From Pocillopora damicornis (Eukaryota): a stretch of 64,000 nucleotides of DNA. The translations under genes and the position numbers were made by a program. The notes below the pieces were generated by a model. It worked only from the letters and a program-made list of their open reading frames with translations, did no database searches and was not told the DNA's origin. Shown piece after piece: positions 1 to 12,500 of the stretch. The stretch lies in assembly GCF_003704095.1 (NCBI RefSeq), contig NW_020843837.1, positions 186,001 to 250,000 on the forward strand, in the 5' to 3' direction. Every line of letters begins with the position of its first letter. The first letter of the stretch is position 1.

Positions 1-227
1 TGCCACCCCTACATGTTTCCAAAACAGTACAGGAGTCAATTTTCTTTGAATTTAACTACAACCCAGTAATAAAAAACAGCTTCACAAATGTAAGATTAAT
101 TTGGAGTTGTAACTCTATGAAATAAGAGGAAAATACTTGAACACAGTGATTGTTTATCTATATGTAAAGCACAACCCCTCTGCTCTTGATATTTAGCCCC
201 CACAATATTCTATAAATATATCTGTAC

Positions 228-3124
228 CTTTCCTCAGATCCCTCTGGTGAGACAAATATTTCCGACTCTTGTTTAATGATATTTCTTTCCACTGATGTTG
301 GCTGGTGTGCCAAATCATACTCAATTTTCTTCTGCTTGGAAGTGCAAAACTTACAAGGAGTTTCTCCGTTCACTGTAAATATGTGAATAGATATTAGTAA
401 CAAGTAAAAAATAAAAAAGCCAAAAATAAGCCTGAAACTGGCATAGAGAAGTTTGTAAGGTTTTGTTTGCAACATGTTAAGTTATGTTGTAAGTTGATTT
501 TATCTTAAGTTTGCTTTAACTTTTAATGTATATTGCATGACAAGGTAAAGAAAACAATAAAAGAAGGTAAAAGGTTATTAATACGGGCACTTTCAGCCTT
601 TGGAACAGTTACAGATATATACTGAAGAGCGTTCTGTTGAGATGGGAATGTGAAAGAGGAAGTCCCTTCCCTTTCCTCTCTTTTCTCTGCTTTTCATGTC
701 TCCCTTGCCTTCATTTCATTTCCCATTCATTGTTATTTTACAACTCAATATCTACCTGCTCTAAGAAATGAATTAGGATTTCCAGTCCTCTTGGCATAAT
801 CAAGTGGTACATCACCACTGCCATCCTGTGCATTCATGTCTGCACCATGTTTAATGAGGCAGCTCACGCTCTGTAAGTGAGCTCCTAATGCGGCTAAATG
901 GGCTGGTGTTGCACCAGAACCTGAAGGCCAACATGGTGGGTATTACATTCTCGATCCATAAAATATTGTATTGAATTGTCTCATGTCAAGATTAATTAAT
1001 TCATGTAGAAGTCTTTCCTCTTAATGCATCTATATACAACATGTACATGTATATAAACATGGCAGTCTGTAGAGTTTCAGGTCTTTTCTGTAATACTGAT
1101 GAAAGCAGTGATGGGAACTTTAAGAGGGATCATTTTTAGATTGCTCACTAACATCATCTCTCTTTAGTATGACAGAACCTGTTTCATTACAATCACATAA
1201 TAGCAAAGATGTATTTAGGTGTGGGGCAGTAATAAACTTCTAGTGAAAGAAAAAACTTTACCATCTCTGATGTTGGGATTAATTCTGTGTTCCAGGAGCC
1301 AGTTAACACATTCTGTAGCACCATTTTGTGCAGCCTAAAATTGATCATGAAATTGTCACTAGTGTCTAAAATCAAAATTTAACAACTACAAGAACAAAAA
1401 AAAAAAACTATACTCAAACAAGCAAGTTGGAACACTCAGAGCTCTACAACAGTTCCACCATACTCACCACATGAAGCAAAGATTTTCCAGATCTGTCTCT
1501 AACATCTATTTTTGCCAGCCCTGAACCCAACAGAAATACCAAACAGGGGCAGTTATTATGTGCTGCAGCATAATGTGCTGGAACACATCCTGCTGTGTCT
1601 CTAGAATTTACATCAATGTCACTGTGTGCAAGAGTTTTCAAAGCTTCCAAGCCTCCAGCACTTGCTGCATAGTGAGCTGGTGTGCGTCCTTGATCATCAA
1701 CACAGGTTACCTCAACATCACTTTCTATTAGACACCTGAAGTGAAATGACAAACATTACATTTACAACATCACAGTTTTCACTGAAAAGTGTCATAACAA
1801 GGAAACAGTACAATAATAAGTAACAAGAGGATATTTTGTAAATAGAGTAAGAGAAATGTTAAGTTTTGAGCTCAGTAAAGAAATAGAGAAAGATATTTTT
1901 TGTCTTATTCCAAGCGTGGGACAAAGAAAAAATTCTGAGTCCCCATGGGAATCAAACCTTTGAACTTCAGATTCCACTTTCCACATCCTGCATACTGCTA
2001 GGATCAGCAATGAGAGAATATTTTCTACATCTAAATTATAAAATGGTTCACGCCACCAAATTTAGCAGAGAAATCTGTGCAACAGCTGGAGAATTCTCTG
2101 ATCTGTGTTGCATGCATGATAACATCATGCAGGCTTTAACTCTTTACTCCAGTAACATGTCCTTTTGGAGAGAGAATTTCATTTGGAGCCCAGTTATACA
2201 TAAATATTATTGAGTACCTCAATGCAGCTCTATGATTTTTCATTGCTGCCAAGTGAGCTGGAGTACGTCCCTGTTTATCCTCTAACACCATGTTACTACC
2301 ATTCGTGATTAAGATTTCCAGACATTCACTTTCACCGTGATATGCTGCCAGATGAGCACTTGTTTGTCCATTGGAATCAACAACATTGATATCTGTCATA
2401 TGCTTCAGAAGTTCTTTCACCACAAGAGTGTGACCACCAATGCACGCCTCATGGAGTGGGGTCCTTTGCACATTGCTACCTTTGATAGGATCTGCACCTG
2501 CCTAAAACATTTGATTACTTCGGATAAAAGTATTTGTCATTTGGTTTTTCAGCAACATCTATATCCCCTGAAGAAGTTGAAAAAGTCCCCACGAGGATTC
2601 GAACCTCAGACCTTCGGATCATCGGGGCGCGGAATCGTGTCCCATACTCGTGACAAGACGAAAACGTCTTTCTCAAATTCGAATATCTTAGGACAACGTA
2701 TTACTTTTAAAGGATGTTCAACATCCCGGCTGAAACTACTCGTGAGGTCTGTCAATCCAGTACCGCTCCATTTATCCTTCCAACTTACCTTTAGAAGCTG
2801 TCTAACAACCGTCAAATGCCCATACCCGGCGGAGCGATGCAAAGCGGTCCTCTGAGCTCGATGGCCTCCAGCTTTCTCGTTCACATTAATATTTTTATCT
2901 AAAAGCAGTCGGGATACAGTATCTGAATCACCTCTTTCAGCAGCCTCCTGCAACGGAGGCAAGGAGAAACTGACAAAATCCGATGGCAACGGTGGATTAA
3001 GGTCTTCACTTTTTGCACTGATATCTCCTTCGCCAAGCTCGAAATCCTTCGCTCGACTTGCCGTCAATGATGTGTACAAACTAAGATCAAAAGTGCGTGC
3101 ACTATCTACTTCCCTTACTGACAT
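228..3124 (-). CDS. Multi-exon ankyrin-repeat protein; 3' end lies off the left edge. Exons 3124-2789, 2501-2218, 1735-1468, 1334-1262, 920-756, 372-228
   Basis: All GT-AG junctions join in phase. Repeated ankyrin motifs: [84 protein letters not shown]. No orthologue assigned. Confidence 0.92.
1885..1990 (-). mobile_element. Degenerate tRNA-derived SINE fragment (intronic)
   Basis: GCGTGGGACAAAGAAAAAATTCTGAGTCCCCATGGGAATCAAACC is related to the copy at 2580-2675; its reverse complement carries a B-box-like GGTTTGATTCC. Confidence 0.6.
2580..2675. mobile_element. Rearranged tRNA-derived SINE fragment, two pieces in opposite orientation
   Basis: AGTCCCCACGAGGATTCGAACCTCAGACCTTCGGA has B-box GGTTCGAATCC on the minus strand. 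It is followed by TGTCCCATACTCGTGACAAGAC, the reverse complement of the motif at 1900-1925. Confidence 0.6.
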
Positions 3125-3542
3125 TGTTCAAAGTCGAATTAAAAAATATCAGTTACTTCCATTGGCAACTTATTTAGTGTTTTGACGCCATTTTGTTTCC
3201 TAGGACCCAATCTTTTAGGAAAACTCGGTCGTACTCTCAGCTGCTAAATCCTGGGATCTCGCAGCATCCTGGGATCTCGTATAGCTTGACACTTCAGTTG
3301 ACAGATGTTCCTCAGTTTCTGTGCAAATAAACAAAAGTATTTTCCAAAATGTCATTGGTTGAATTGCTTCAAAAATATGTTTACACCGCAGTAATGAATT
3401 ATCTGCTCTCTTTGGCCCAGTTGGCGAACTTGCGGTTCTATGTTCATCCACCATGACGACCGGCCAAGCCTCAACTTAGAGACTTAAAAAGCGATCACCC
3501 TTGCTTTCCAATCAAGGCGGCAGTCTCTAGTGGTTTCCCGCA
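3125..3542. promoter_or_regulatory. Probable bidirectional promoter between the ankyrin and prominin genes
   Basis: Divergent ATGs about 420 bp apart; locally CpG-richer; YY1-like CGCCATTTTG at about 3186-3195; direct repeat TCCTGGGATCTCG twice at 3249-3279. Confidence 0.6.
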
Positions 3543-6500
3543 ATGAGGACATGGTTGATATTTTGTCTGTTCTGTGCAAATTATGTTGGCTGTGAGATGG
3601 AGTTCCCCCCGCTTCCCCAAGGAAAGCCTTACAGTTTAGAAAGCGAAGAGGATTCTTGGAGTTTGAACGGTCTCACAAGTATTGCAAATGACATCGCCTT
3701 GACGCTCAGAAATCAAGCGCCTTACGGTAAGGATCGTTTACAACTGTACTGCTATCGTGTGTGTGACTATTTTGACCTTTTCTACCCGAAAATTAAGCCG
3801 CTGTTTACACAAGGCACGATAAACTGGACCATATTTCGAATGGGATGCTGTCCACAGAATCATAGCCGCGCTTGTGCAAATACAAGTATCACTTCATAAG
3901 TGTGCTGCCTCTCGAATGTAGTGCTGCAAGGCAATTGCTATCCTTCGGAATAAGACATGCGCTTAAATATTGCACAAAGTCTAACAGTTTTCTTCTCGGT
4001 ATGCGGTTAGGTAAATATATTCTTAAGATTAGGATTTTAAAGCTGGCAACATTTTACATTGAACGCGTTGACTTTCGCTGTGATGATAACTTAGGCTACA
4101 CAGTGAACGAACTAGTTTAAAGGTTACGTCCTAATTTTTACTCAAATGTCATATTTTTAAGTGATTTCAGTTTAAATATTTTTAAACTAGTTTTTTATTG
4201 GGTAGTTGTTCCTTTGTTCAAGGATTATGGTAATTCAATCAGAACGAAGAAAAAATTTTACTAAACAACGTTTCGACCGCTTATTCAGGGCGTGTTTTAC
4301 TGTTGATTACTTATGAACCATTGGAGGAGAAAGGTATACATGTTAAGGATGACACCACCATAAATATTTTGCCTCTTTATAATACAAAACAACTAGATCC
4401 CATTAGGTTCAGTAATAGCTCACATATGATGCAAAAATTTGGAAGGAACATCAGTGACTCATGTGGCTGCCTCTCTTGTGCCAATTTTTCATTCACACCA
4501 CATTTGTGATCTTACCAAACAGACATACAGCAACATTGAATCTATTTTTTAAGTAAATATATACCTCCTCTTTGGTTTTTTGCAGAAATTATTGGAAATA
4601 CCTTAAGTAATGCATTTGGTAAAGGAGGAAAGTCCCCAGAAATCTCTGAGGTTTGTGAAACCAATTAACTTTCACTTAAAATTGAAAGAGGTTATACTTT
4701 ATAAAAAGCTTCAAGCAAATTTTATGTCATAGAAAAATTTTGTAAAACAAAAGATCTTACCCACCTTGAAAAAATAAGTTTTAAAAACCATTGCTTAAGT
4801 TGTTTCTAAATGTATAGCTTCTCGATAATATCTCAAAGAAGTATAATTACCTTTAACTTCATAGCTTTTCCCTCATACAAGGGCTTTCTTTCCTTTTGCT
4901 GTTCAGCCACTATGCAAATGGCTGTAGCCTCTTTTTACAAGTCTCGAGTGAGCTGCACATGAAGACCAAAATGTGCTGATTACATATAAATTTACCTTTA
5001 GTTAAGACAAAAACTATTCTTGAAATAGCAAGGATTACTTATCTTATTTACAGGTAGAAAAAGTAGGTCTTTCAGAAGGAAGCTGTGATGAAAGATTAGC
5101 CAGTGGTAAAAAAGTGACTTCCCCTTGGGTACAAGCATCTATTCCATTAAAATCTATTCCCCTTGCTTTTACTTAGTGATTTTTTTTTTCAGTTTTAATC
5201 AGTCTCTCTGAGTAAATAGGAAACAAAGCAAAGGTTGAAATTAATGGCAGTTCAAGGAACTTTTTTCACCAATTTTTTTACATCAAAGCAGCCAGTGTTT
5301 CAGAAACAAGTACTGTAACCAGTGAAAACTCTGGTGACTGGTGCTGCTGGAGAATACTGACAAGTATTACTGACAAAGCCCATAGAAGAATTTTATCATT
5401 GTGATTGTTTGTTGTATGATGTGGTCAGCAATGTTTTTGTTTTATTACTTTCTCAGGTGATTGACTATGAAGTTCCTTTGATAGTGCTGGCTTCCCTCTC
5501 TTTGATTGCTGCATTGGTTATCCCTATTATTGGCCTAGTCTTTTGCTGTTGTCGTTGCAGAGGAAAATGTGGTGGCATTATATATGATGATGAACTCAAA
5601 CAGCATCCTGCAAAAGAACGAATAGCATACTCTGCTGGAATTCTTCTTTGTGCATCTTTACTGATGTAAGTTTGAGTTTTGAAATGTTTTCTTCATTTTT
5701 GCTTTAATTGTTTACAAATAAATGGAGGTCCATGTTGGGTCATATTTATGTCATTTGCTGACACAACAGTTCATCTTCCATTGATCAGCTTTATTGATCA
5801 GCCCACATAATGAATTTTTTTTTTTGCTCTATTTTATGTCTTGCAGTATTTCAGGTGGCTTTATTCTAGCTTCAAGTATTCATATGAATGACAGTATCCC
5901 ACATGCAAGAACAGTGTGGAATGACTCATTTAGTGATATCAAAATTTACACAGGCAATTTACTTCAGGTAAGGGATAAACTATATATGAATCTGTGTATT
6001 CATGATGGGCTTGTTTGATACTGGTACAATACTTAATTGTGCTGAAAAGTGACCTGTGTAAATACACTATTTAAAAATTTCAGGAAATAAATCACATATT
6101 ACTTCAAGAAGCTGTTCCCACAATTGACATTTTGTTTGATGCAGTTATTGGTGAGTTTTGTGGGCATAGGTCATACATTTGGGTAATGGATATAGTGTAA
6201 AATAAGTTTTTTGAAGTCTGGAGGATTTTTAGGATGTAGTATATTAATTAGTGATTCTGACTAAAAACTAATCTGGCAGTTCTGAAATCCAGAATTCCTT
6301 TGCGACTAGTCAGAAATGCCAGAAACCTCTACTTTCTTCTACTTTGGAAACTTTTAGCCCAGTTAGAATTTTTCCTGGGATATGATACTTTCTGATTGAG
6401 TTGTCCCAGTTAGAGGTTAGGCCAGGATCACTACAGTATGTTTTACTTTTGGAACTCTAACAATGATGAATAAGCACAATTGCCCATTTTAATAGAGTTA

Positions 6501-9500
6501 GAAGTGGAACACAAATTTACATTTATGTAGCACAGCCATAGCCCTTGAGTGACTTGCATCTAATTTCTCCTCACCATATCACCCCTGAATCAAACATTTA
6601 GGCCAGGAGAATAAAGGAACTGACCACCAACTTGAGAAGCTTTTGATTTTTAATCAAATTCTCCTAGTCAGCACCCCAGGAAATGTATAAAAAATGTATG
6701 GAGAATATGCATACTGAAGTTAGGGTGTAAAGGGTTAAATTACTACACTAGACAATATTATCAAGAGATACTGTGTATTTTGTGGGTGTCAAAGCAAAGA
6801 TGCCTGGTGGAGGCAAAGACTTCCTAACAGTAGTCTTAAGAGTTTCTGTAAAGTTTGTTGTAATTATTCCTGTCTCCTAGATTGTATATAACAAAAAGTA
6901 TGTCTCCAACAAAAAGTTAAGAAAAAGGTTACATATTAATTATGTAATGTAATTCAAGTGCTCATTTAGTTCATACAATTGTAGAAACACCTTATATTTG
7001 CTTTATTGTTTTGTAGTACACTTAAATGTAACCTGGAACAGTGTTGAAAAGTGGATTCATAGTGTTAATTTTTTAATTTGTTTAGCAATGGGAAGAGATA
7101 TAGTTGTTCCTATAATACAGTCACCTGTATTTCAAGAACTCTACTCTGCTGTTAAAGATGTTGATCAAGGTAAATGTACATTATGGTGCCCATATTCCTG
7201 AAAAGGAATTTTCATATGATACTACACATTATATTGCTTAATCTCTTTTTTTGGCAACCAGAATTTTATTTCAGGTAACTATTTTATGATTTTTTTTTCT
7301 GCAAGTTGCAGCTTGGGAAAAAGTGTAGCTTGGAGTGCTGTCAATTGTTTTTTCTTTTTTTTTCGGTCTAGACAGAGTCATCTGTCATCAAATTTAAGCT
7401 AGGCTGGGAAGGGGTTGGGGTGTGGAGGGGTAGTGAAGAATCAAGCATTCCCAGGTTTTTGGTTTCCTGAATTTGCAGCTAAAAACAATTTACTTTCTTT
7501 TATTATCAGCTGTGAAACAGACCGCACAGCTTTTTGGGGAGATAGCAGATGCAAAGTCATCCCTAATCTCAAAAAGCAGCCACATTCAAAATGAACTAAT
7601 TTCCATTCAAAAAGCATTGGAGGTCATTCATACTGAATGTAAAAGTAGTGGAGGAAGCAGTCTTTGTGATGAAATCCCATTTGGTAAGGATGTGGAAACT
7701 GAAGCAGACTTTAACAAGGTGTGTGATTTTGTAGATTGTAACTTTCACTTATTAATTGTAACAAAAAATTATTGTTCAAGATATGACTGTCACAATAGTA
7801 ATTTGATGTCAATGAAATACACATTTACTGTTCATTGTACATATAAATGATAGTGCAACACTATTGTTGTTCAGCTAATTACTGTTAATTTTAGACTTTA
7901 TCCTGTGTATCTCAGGGAGAATTAAGTGAGTCATTTTGTGGGTAAATTTAAAGTGTTTGGTGACAAATAAGCTTTATTTAGTGCCCCAAAGCTTTTCCTT
8001 GCCATCCTACAACATGCCACCTTCAAAAAGTTCCTTGTTTGTTCAATTTTTTAAGATGGTAGTAAAGAAGTGTATCATATACAACTGAGTGCAGTCTTAT
8101 TATTTCTAGGTCCCCAATGTTACTGATAGCCAAAACAAAATAGAGGATGTGGCAAAGAGTGGTCTTGGAGATGATGTTGCAAAGGTACAATTTTGAACTC
8201 TAACAACTATTGTTACAAATTCATATGTTAAGTCTTGATAATAATTTAACAATTTTCATTTATATTCAAGGTGATTTCTTAAGTTTTCAGGTGTTAAATA
8301 TTTTACTTGTACCTAGGCAAGGTTATGATTTATATTTTATGTGTGGTTTGAGAGCTATTTGCAATGGAAACACTGTGATCAAGGCCTGTGATTAGGGCCT
8401 TAAAAATGTGTTAGAGGGAAGCTCTCTAAGTATAATAACTGATATACACTGTAATCAAAACTATAACAAAGTTTCACTAATAGGACAGTGTATGTGTCAT
8501 GCTAGTAATTTGACAATGTATTTGGACAGTTTACATGTTGTGCCTGGGTAAGTGGTCAGTATGCATCATGTGTATGCGTTGTTGTCAAATATTTTACTTA
8601 GTTAACTGTTGTGTTTTTATGAAAACATATAGCCAAATTATTGAATTTCTCTTCAAATTTTGTCATAGTTTTGATTAATTGTTAACAGGACTTCGTGTTG
8701 TCCAATTCTGTCTGTAATTATACTCGTGATGAACAAATCTGACTCCTGCTTTATGGTTTTCCAAGTTCATGAATCACTTGTGTGATTACAGACCAAATTG
8801 GACTCCACTCAGTCATATTTACCATATTAATTGTTTAAACCTGAAACTGAACTAAAAATTTCATTCTTTTTTTGTATTAAAGTGTTTTGTATTATTTTTA
8901 AACTTAAATTTGGATACAAAAACTGATTCAATCTTGTGAACAAAAGAGCAAAAACTTGTAAAAGGGTGCCTGAGAATACAGGAGGGGATTTGAAAATCTG
9001 TACAGTAATACAGACTAATTATATCACTGAATTTGTTTTGTACATTCTCAGGGAAAAAGGAGTAAAGTATCCTGACTGACATAAAACCATTTATAAAGTT
9101 TTTGCAATTCATTAATTTACCTTAATTTACATTAATCTAAGGTCATTAGTTTAAAGTGATAAAACAATCACTCAGAAACTAAACGTGACTGCAATCTTTT
9201 TATCTCTTAAATTATCAGACCAGTTTACTTATAGCTATTGGTCACTAGAACTTTGTGGTTGTGGTTAGGAGGTCATAAGTGAACCATGTTCTCTTCCATT
9301 ATCAAAATAGGGTAACCAGTCTCTACAGGACATGGCTGAGAGAGTTCAAAACTTGACTACAAATTTAACCAATGGTAAGAAATAAGACTTGTGCAAAAAT
9401 TCCTGTATGTGATGTAATGCTACACTTAAAAACAACTTTATATAATATCTGCTTGCTTGACCACTGAGCTGTCTTGTACATGTATTTTTTCCAGTAGATA

Positions 9501-12500
9501 TAGAAAGAAAGCTCTTAATCTGTTTCAAAAACAAAAAACAAACAAGCAAACTTAGCATTAGGATAAAGAACTTACAGAAACTCAATTCTGAAACAAAAAA
9601 AAAGAAAAAAGCATTTACTGAATCCTTGAATCCTCGACCCTTAAACTCTCCAAGGTGATTACCCATGTAACTTTCCCTGTAATGTATATGTGGGAGCCAG
9701 AGGGGAGAATTGCCTTGTTGAATTGCTTATCACTTTAAATAGTTGAAGGGTCAAAATATAGTGAAAGTTGGACTTTGAACACTGAATTTAGAGATCACAT
9801 ATCACTCAAAGATGCAACAATTGTTGTCTACAGAATTTCAGAATTTTACTTCCAAAATAAAAGATATGCCAGTGGATGTTGTTCAGCCTTTTAGAGATGA
9901 CATTGATAAGGTAATCTTTAGCTAGGGAACTAGAACGTTATAGTTTCATTTCTACATCTTCTTTGAAGTTATCTGGTTATGGTTGTTCTGCCCTTCACCT
10001 TTTTTTTTTTTTTTTTTTTTTTTGGACTTGGCCTATTCCCTTTGAGCACCATGCAATTCTAATAAGGAAGGGGTAGTTATTCCATTGTTATTTTGACTCT
10101 GAGTTTGGATTGCAATGTACAGTATTCTTTTTACAGGACCTTGTTCATGTCTTAAGTCTTTGAACTAGAAAAGTGTCTCAGGGTTAAGTTATTTTTCTTT
10201 CTTGCTCAAGACAGGTTTTATAGATCATTTGAGAATTTCAGATATGTTCATGAATCTTACTTCCATCTGGCCAGAGTTGGTTAAAACTGTTTTTGTTTAT
10301 GGGAATATTAGCTGCTGGTTCTTAGCTGCATGCTGCTGGGTCAAAGGCGACCTTAGCACTAGCCTGTTACTAGGATTTGTGGGATTTTAGTTGACTGCAG
10401 TAACCTCAGTGTCCCCTCAATGATTAATTAGGGTGTTCCCACAAAAAGAAATAACATTACAAGGTGCATGTGAAGTGAGGTGTTTTAAATTTGTTTGTTG
10501 TTGTTATGATAGTACATTGCAGATACTCTGTTTCCAATCAGAGATGATGTAGATGAGACGTATCTTGGTCCAGATGGATTGCTATCCAAATATGACAACT
10601 ATAGGTAAAGTATGTATACATGTATTCTGTATTCTGTATAACTGTATACATGTATTTGCTGCTATAGGGTATATGTACATGTAATTTTGTGGGAAATCTT
10701 GACACTTTACATTCCTCCTTTGGTTCTCTCTCTCCACCTTTATGCAATGTTGTATCTGTCCAAAACTGAATGTTTTGGTTGCAAAACTGTTATCAATGTT
10801 ACTTTCCAGTGTTAAATTTAAGGATTGAGCCAGCTTCACAGAGGGAAAAACAGAACAATTCGGTGTTGTATAAGGATGTGATATTGGGTTTGAAGAGAAG
10901 CTAATAGGAGATACAGTGTAGACTGTAGACAACTTACCTTATAATTATAGTAATTATAAGACCTTTCAATTTCTTTGGATTGGCTTCATTACTCAGACAT
11001 GATGTGAATAGAATGTGGGGCAAAAAAGAGTGAGAGAGAAAGAGAAAAAAACTGAAAATAATGTATCTTGTTGATTATCTTTTCTTCTGTCAGGCATATA
11101 GCCTTCCTTTTAATAGGAGTCCTATCTCTGTTGGATGGTTTGCTGTTGATAATTGCTGTGGTAATGGGCTTGTGTGGTTCTTTAAGTTATGATACACCCA
11201 GCAGTAGAAGTAATCTTTCACACTGGGCAGGAAGGCTTATGTTAGGGTGAGTTGTGGATGCTTTGACAATATAATTATGTACTTGTATATGATTAAATTT
11301 CAACTACTGTAGGAATAATTGTAAATAAGCTCAAATTACTTTATCAAAGACTGCCCATGAGTGGAATTTGTGATCTTTGAACAATTAGTAACTCAAAACT
11401 CGTTTTAATACAAATCGCATGAAAAAAATCATTTGATTGCTTCTTAATTACTTCCATTTAATATCATGCTTCTGCCCTGAGTTTCAATTTTCTGTTCTGC
11501 TTGGTATTTATGGTTTTGTCTCAGCCAAGTGGCACTTGGAAACTTTTTCTGAGGTCCTGGCTGATAGAAGAGTTCTTAGTCGTCTATTATAGTTGGGGTC
11601 ACTTGGAATCTTTTCCTAATCTATGAAATTATTTGTATTTTCAAAAACTCCAAGGCATCCCTCATATCTTTAACATCTTTTGTCTAAGGATACATGCAAC
11701 CATTAGTTTTGGGTTGTTGCTTCAATTACAATTGTGTTATGAAAATAAGCAATTATATGTAAGCTTTGATTGCAAGCTTTGGTAGAGAATGGTAATAATT
11801 ATTAGTTGTATAGCCCTATTTACATGTACAGATCAATAGTGGTAGGACAGTTTACTCTATCCTCTACAAAACACCCCAAACTTTGTTGTTATTGAACTGT
11901 TTTCAGCATATTTCTGTATTTACAGAACATTAAATTTCATTGGTTTTTTCTGATTTAAGGAGGCTCTGAACTTATGATTTTTATTAATATGCTGCCAAAA
12001 GATAAATGTTGATGTGCTGAATATATCACAACCCTATTCATTGGTTTTCTGTTTGCACATTCATTCAATTTAACAGTCATTTCTTTATTTCTGATTATGA
12101 ACTAGAGTTTTATTATTAACTACCTAGAGATCTAAACTAACTAAAGGAGATACAAAATTCAGGTTGAGCATTGTTAAGATTATAGGTAAATTATAATATT
12201 TATTTGACCATTTTTCCCATTCTAGAGCTGCTGGTTTGTTCTTTTTTTCTGCATTTCTCTTTAATTTGTTGACTGGTGTCACCTTCATGTTGGGAGCAAA
12301 TATAGCGGTTGTTTGTGATGGCATACCTGATTATAAGCTTCTTGAAAAGGTATTACTTTTGTGCAGATTCATTCTACCCATGTGTATACTTTAGCCTTAT
12401 TATATCAAATAGCATAAAAGGATTTCTCATGATGGTAATTCTCTTCTCACTTTCTTGTGAGTAATTGAAATTTCTGGTAGCTTTTCTTTAATTATCTTGT

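Noticed and set aside
2585-2640. tRNA gene (also 46210-46285)
   Set aside because: Only A/B-box fragments and no complete cloverleaf; SINE-derived.
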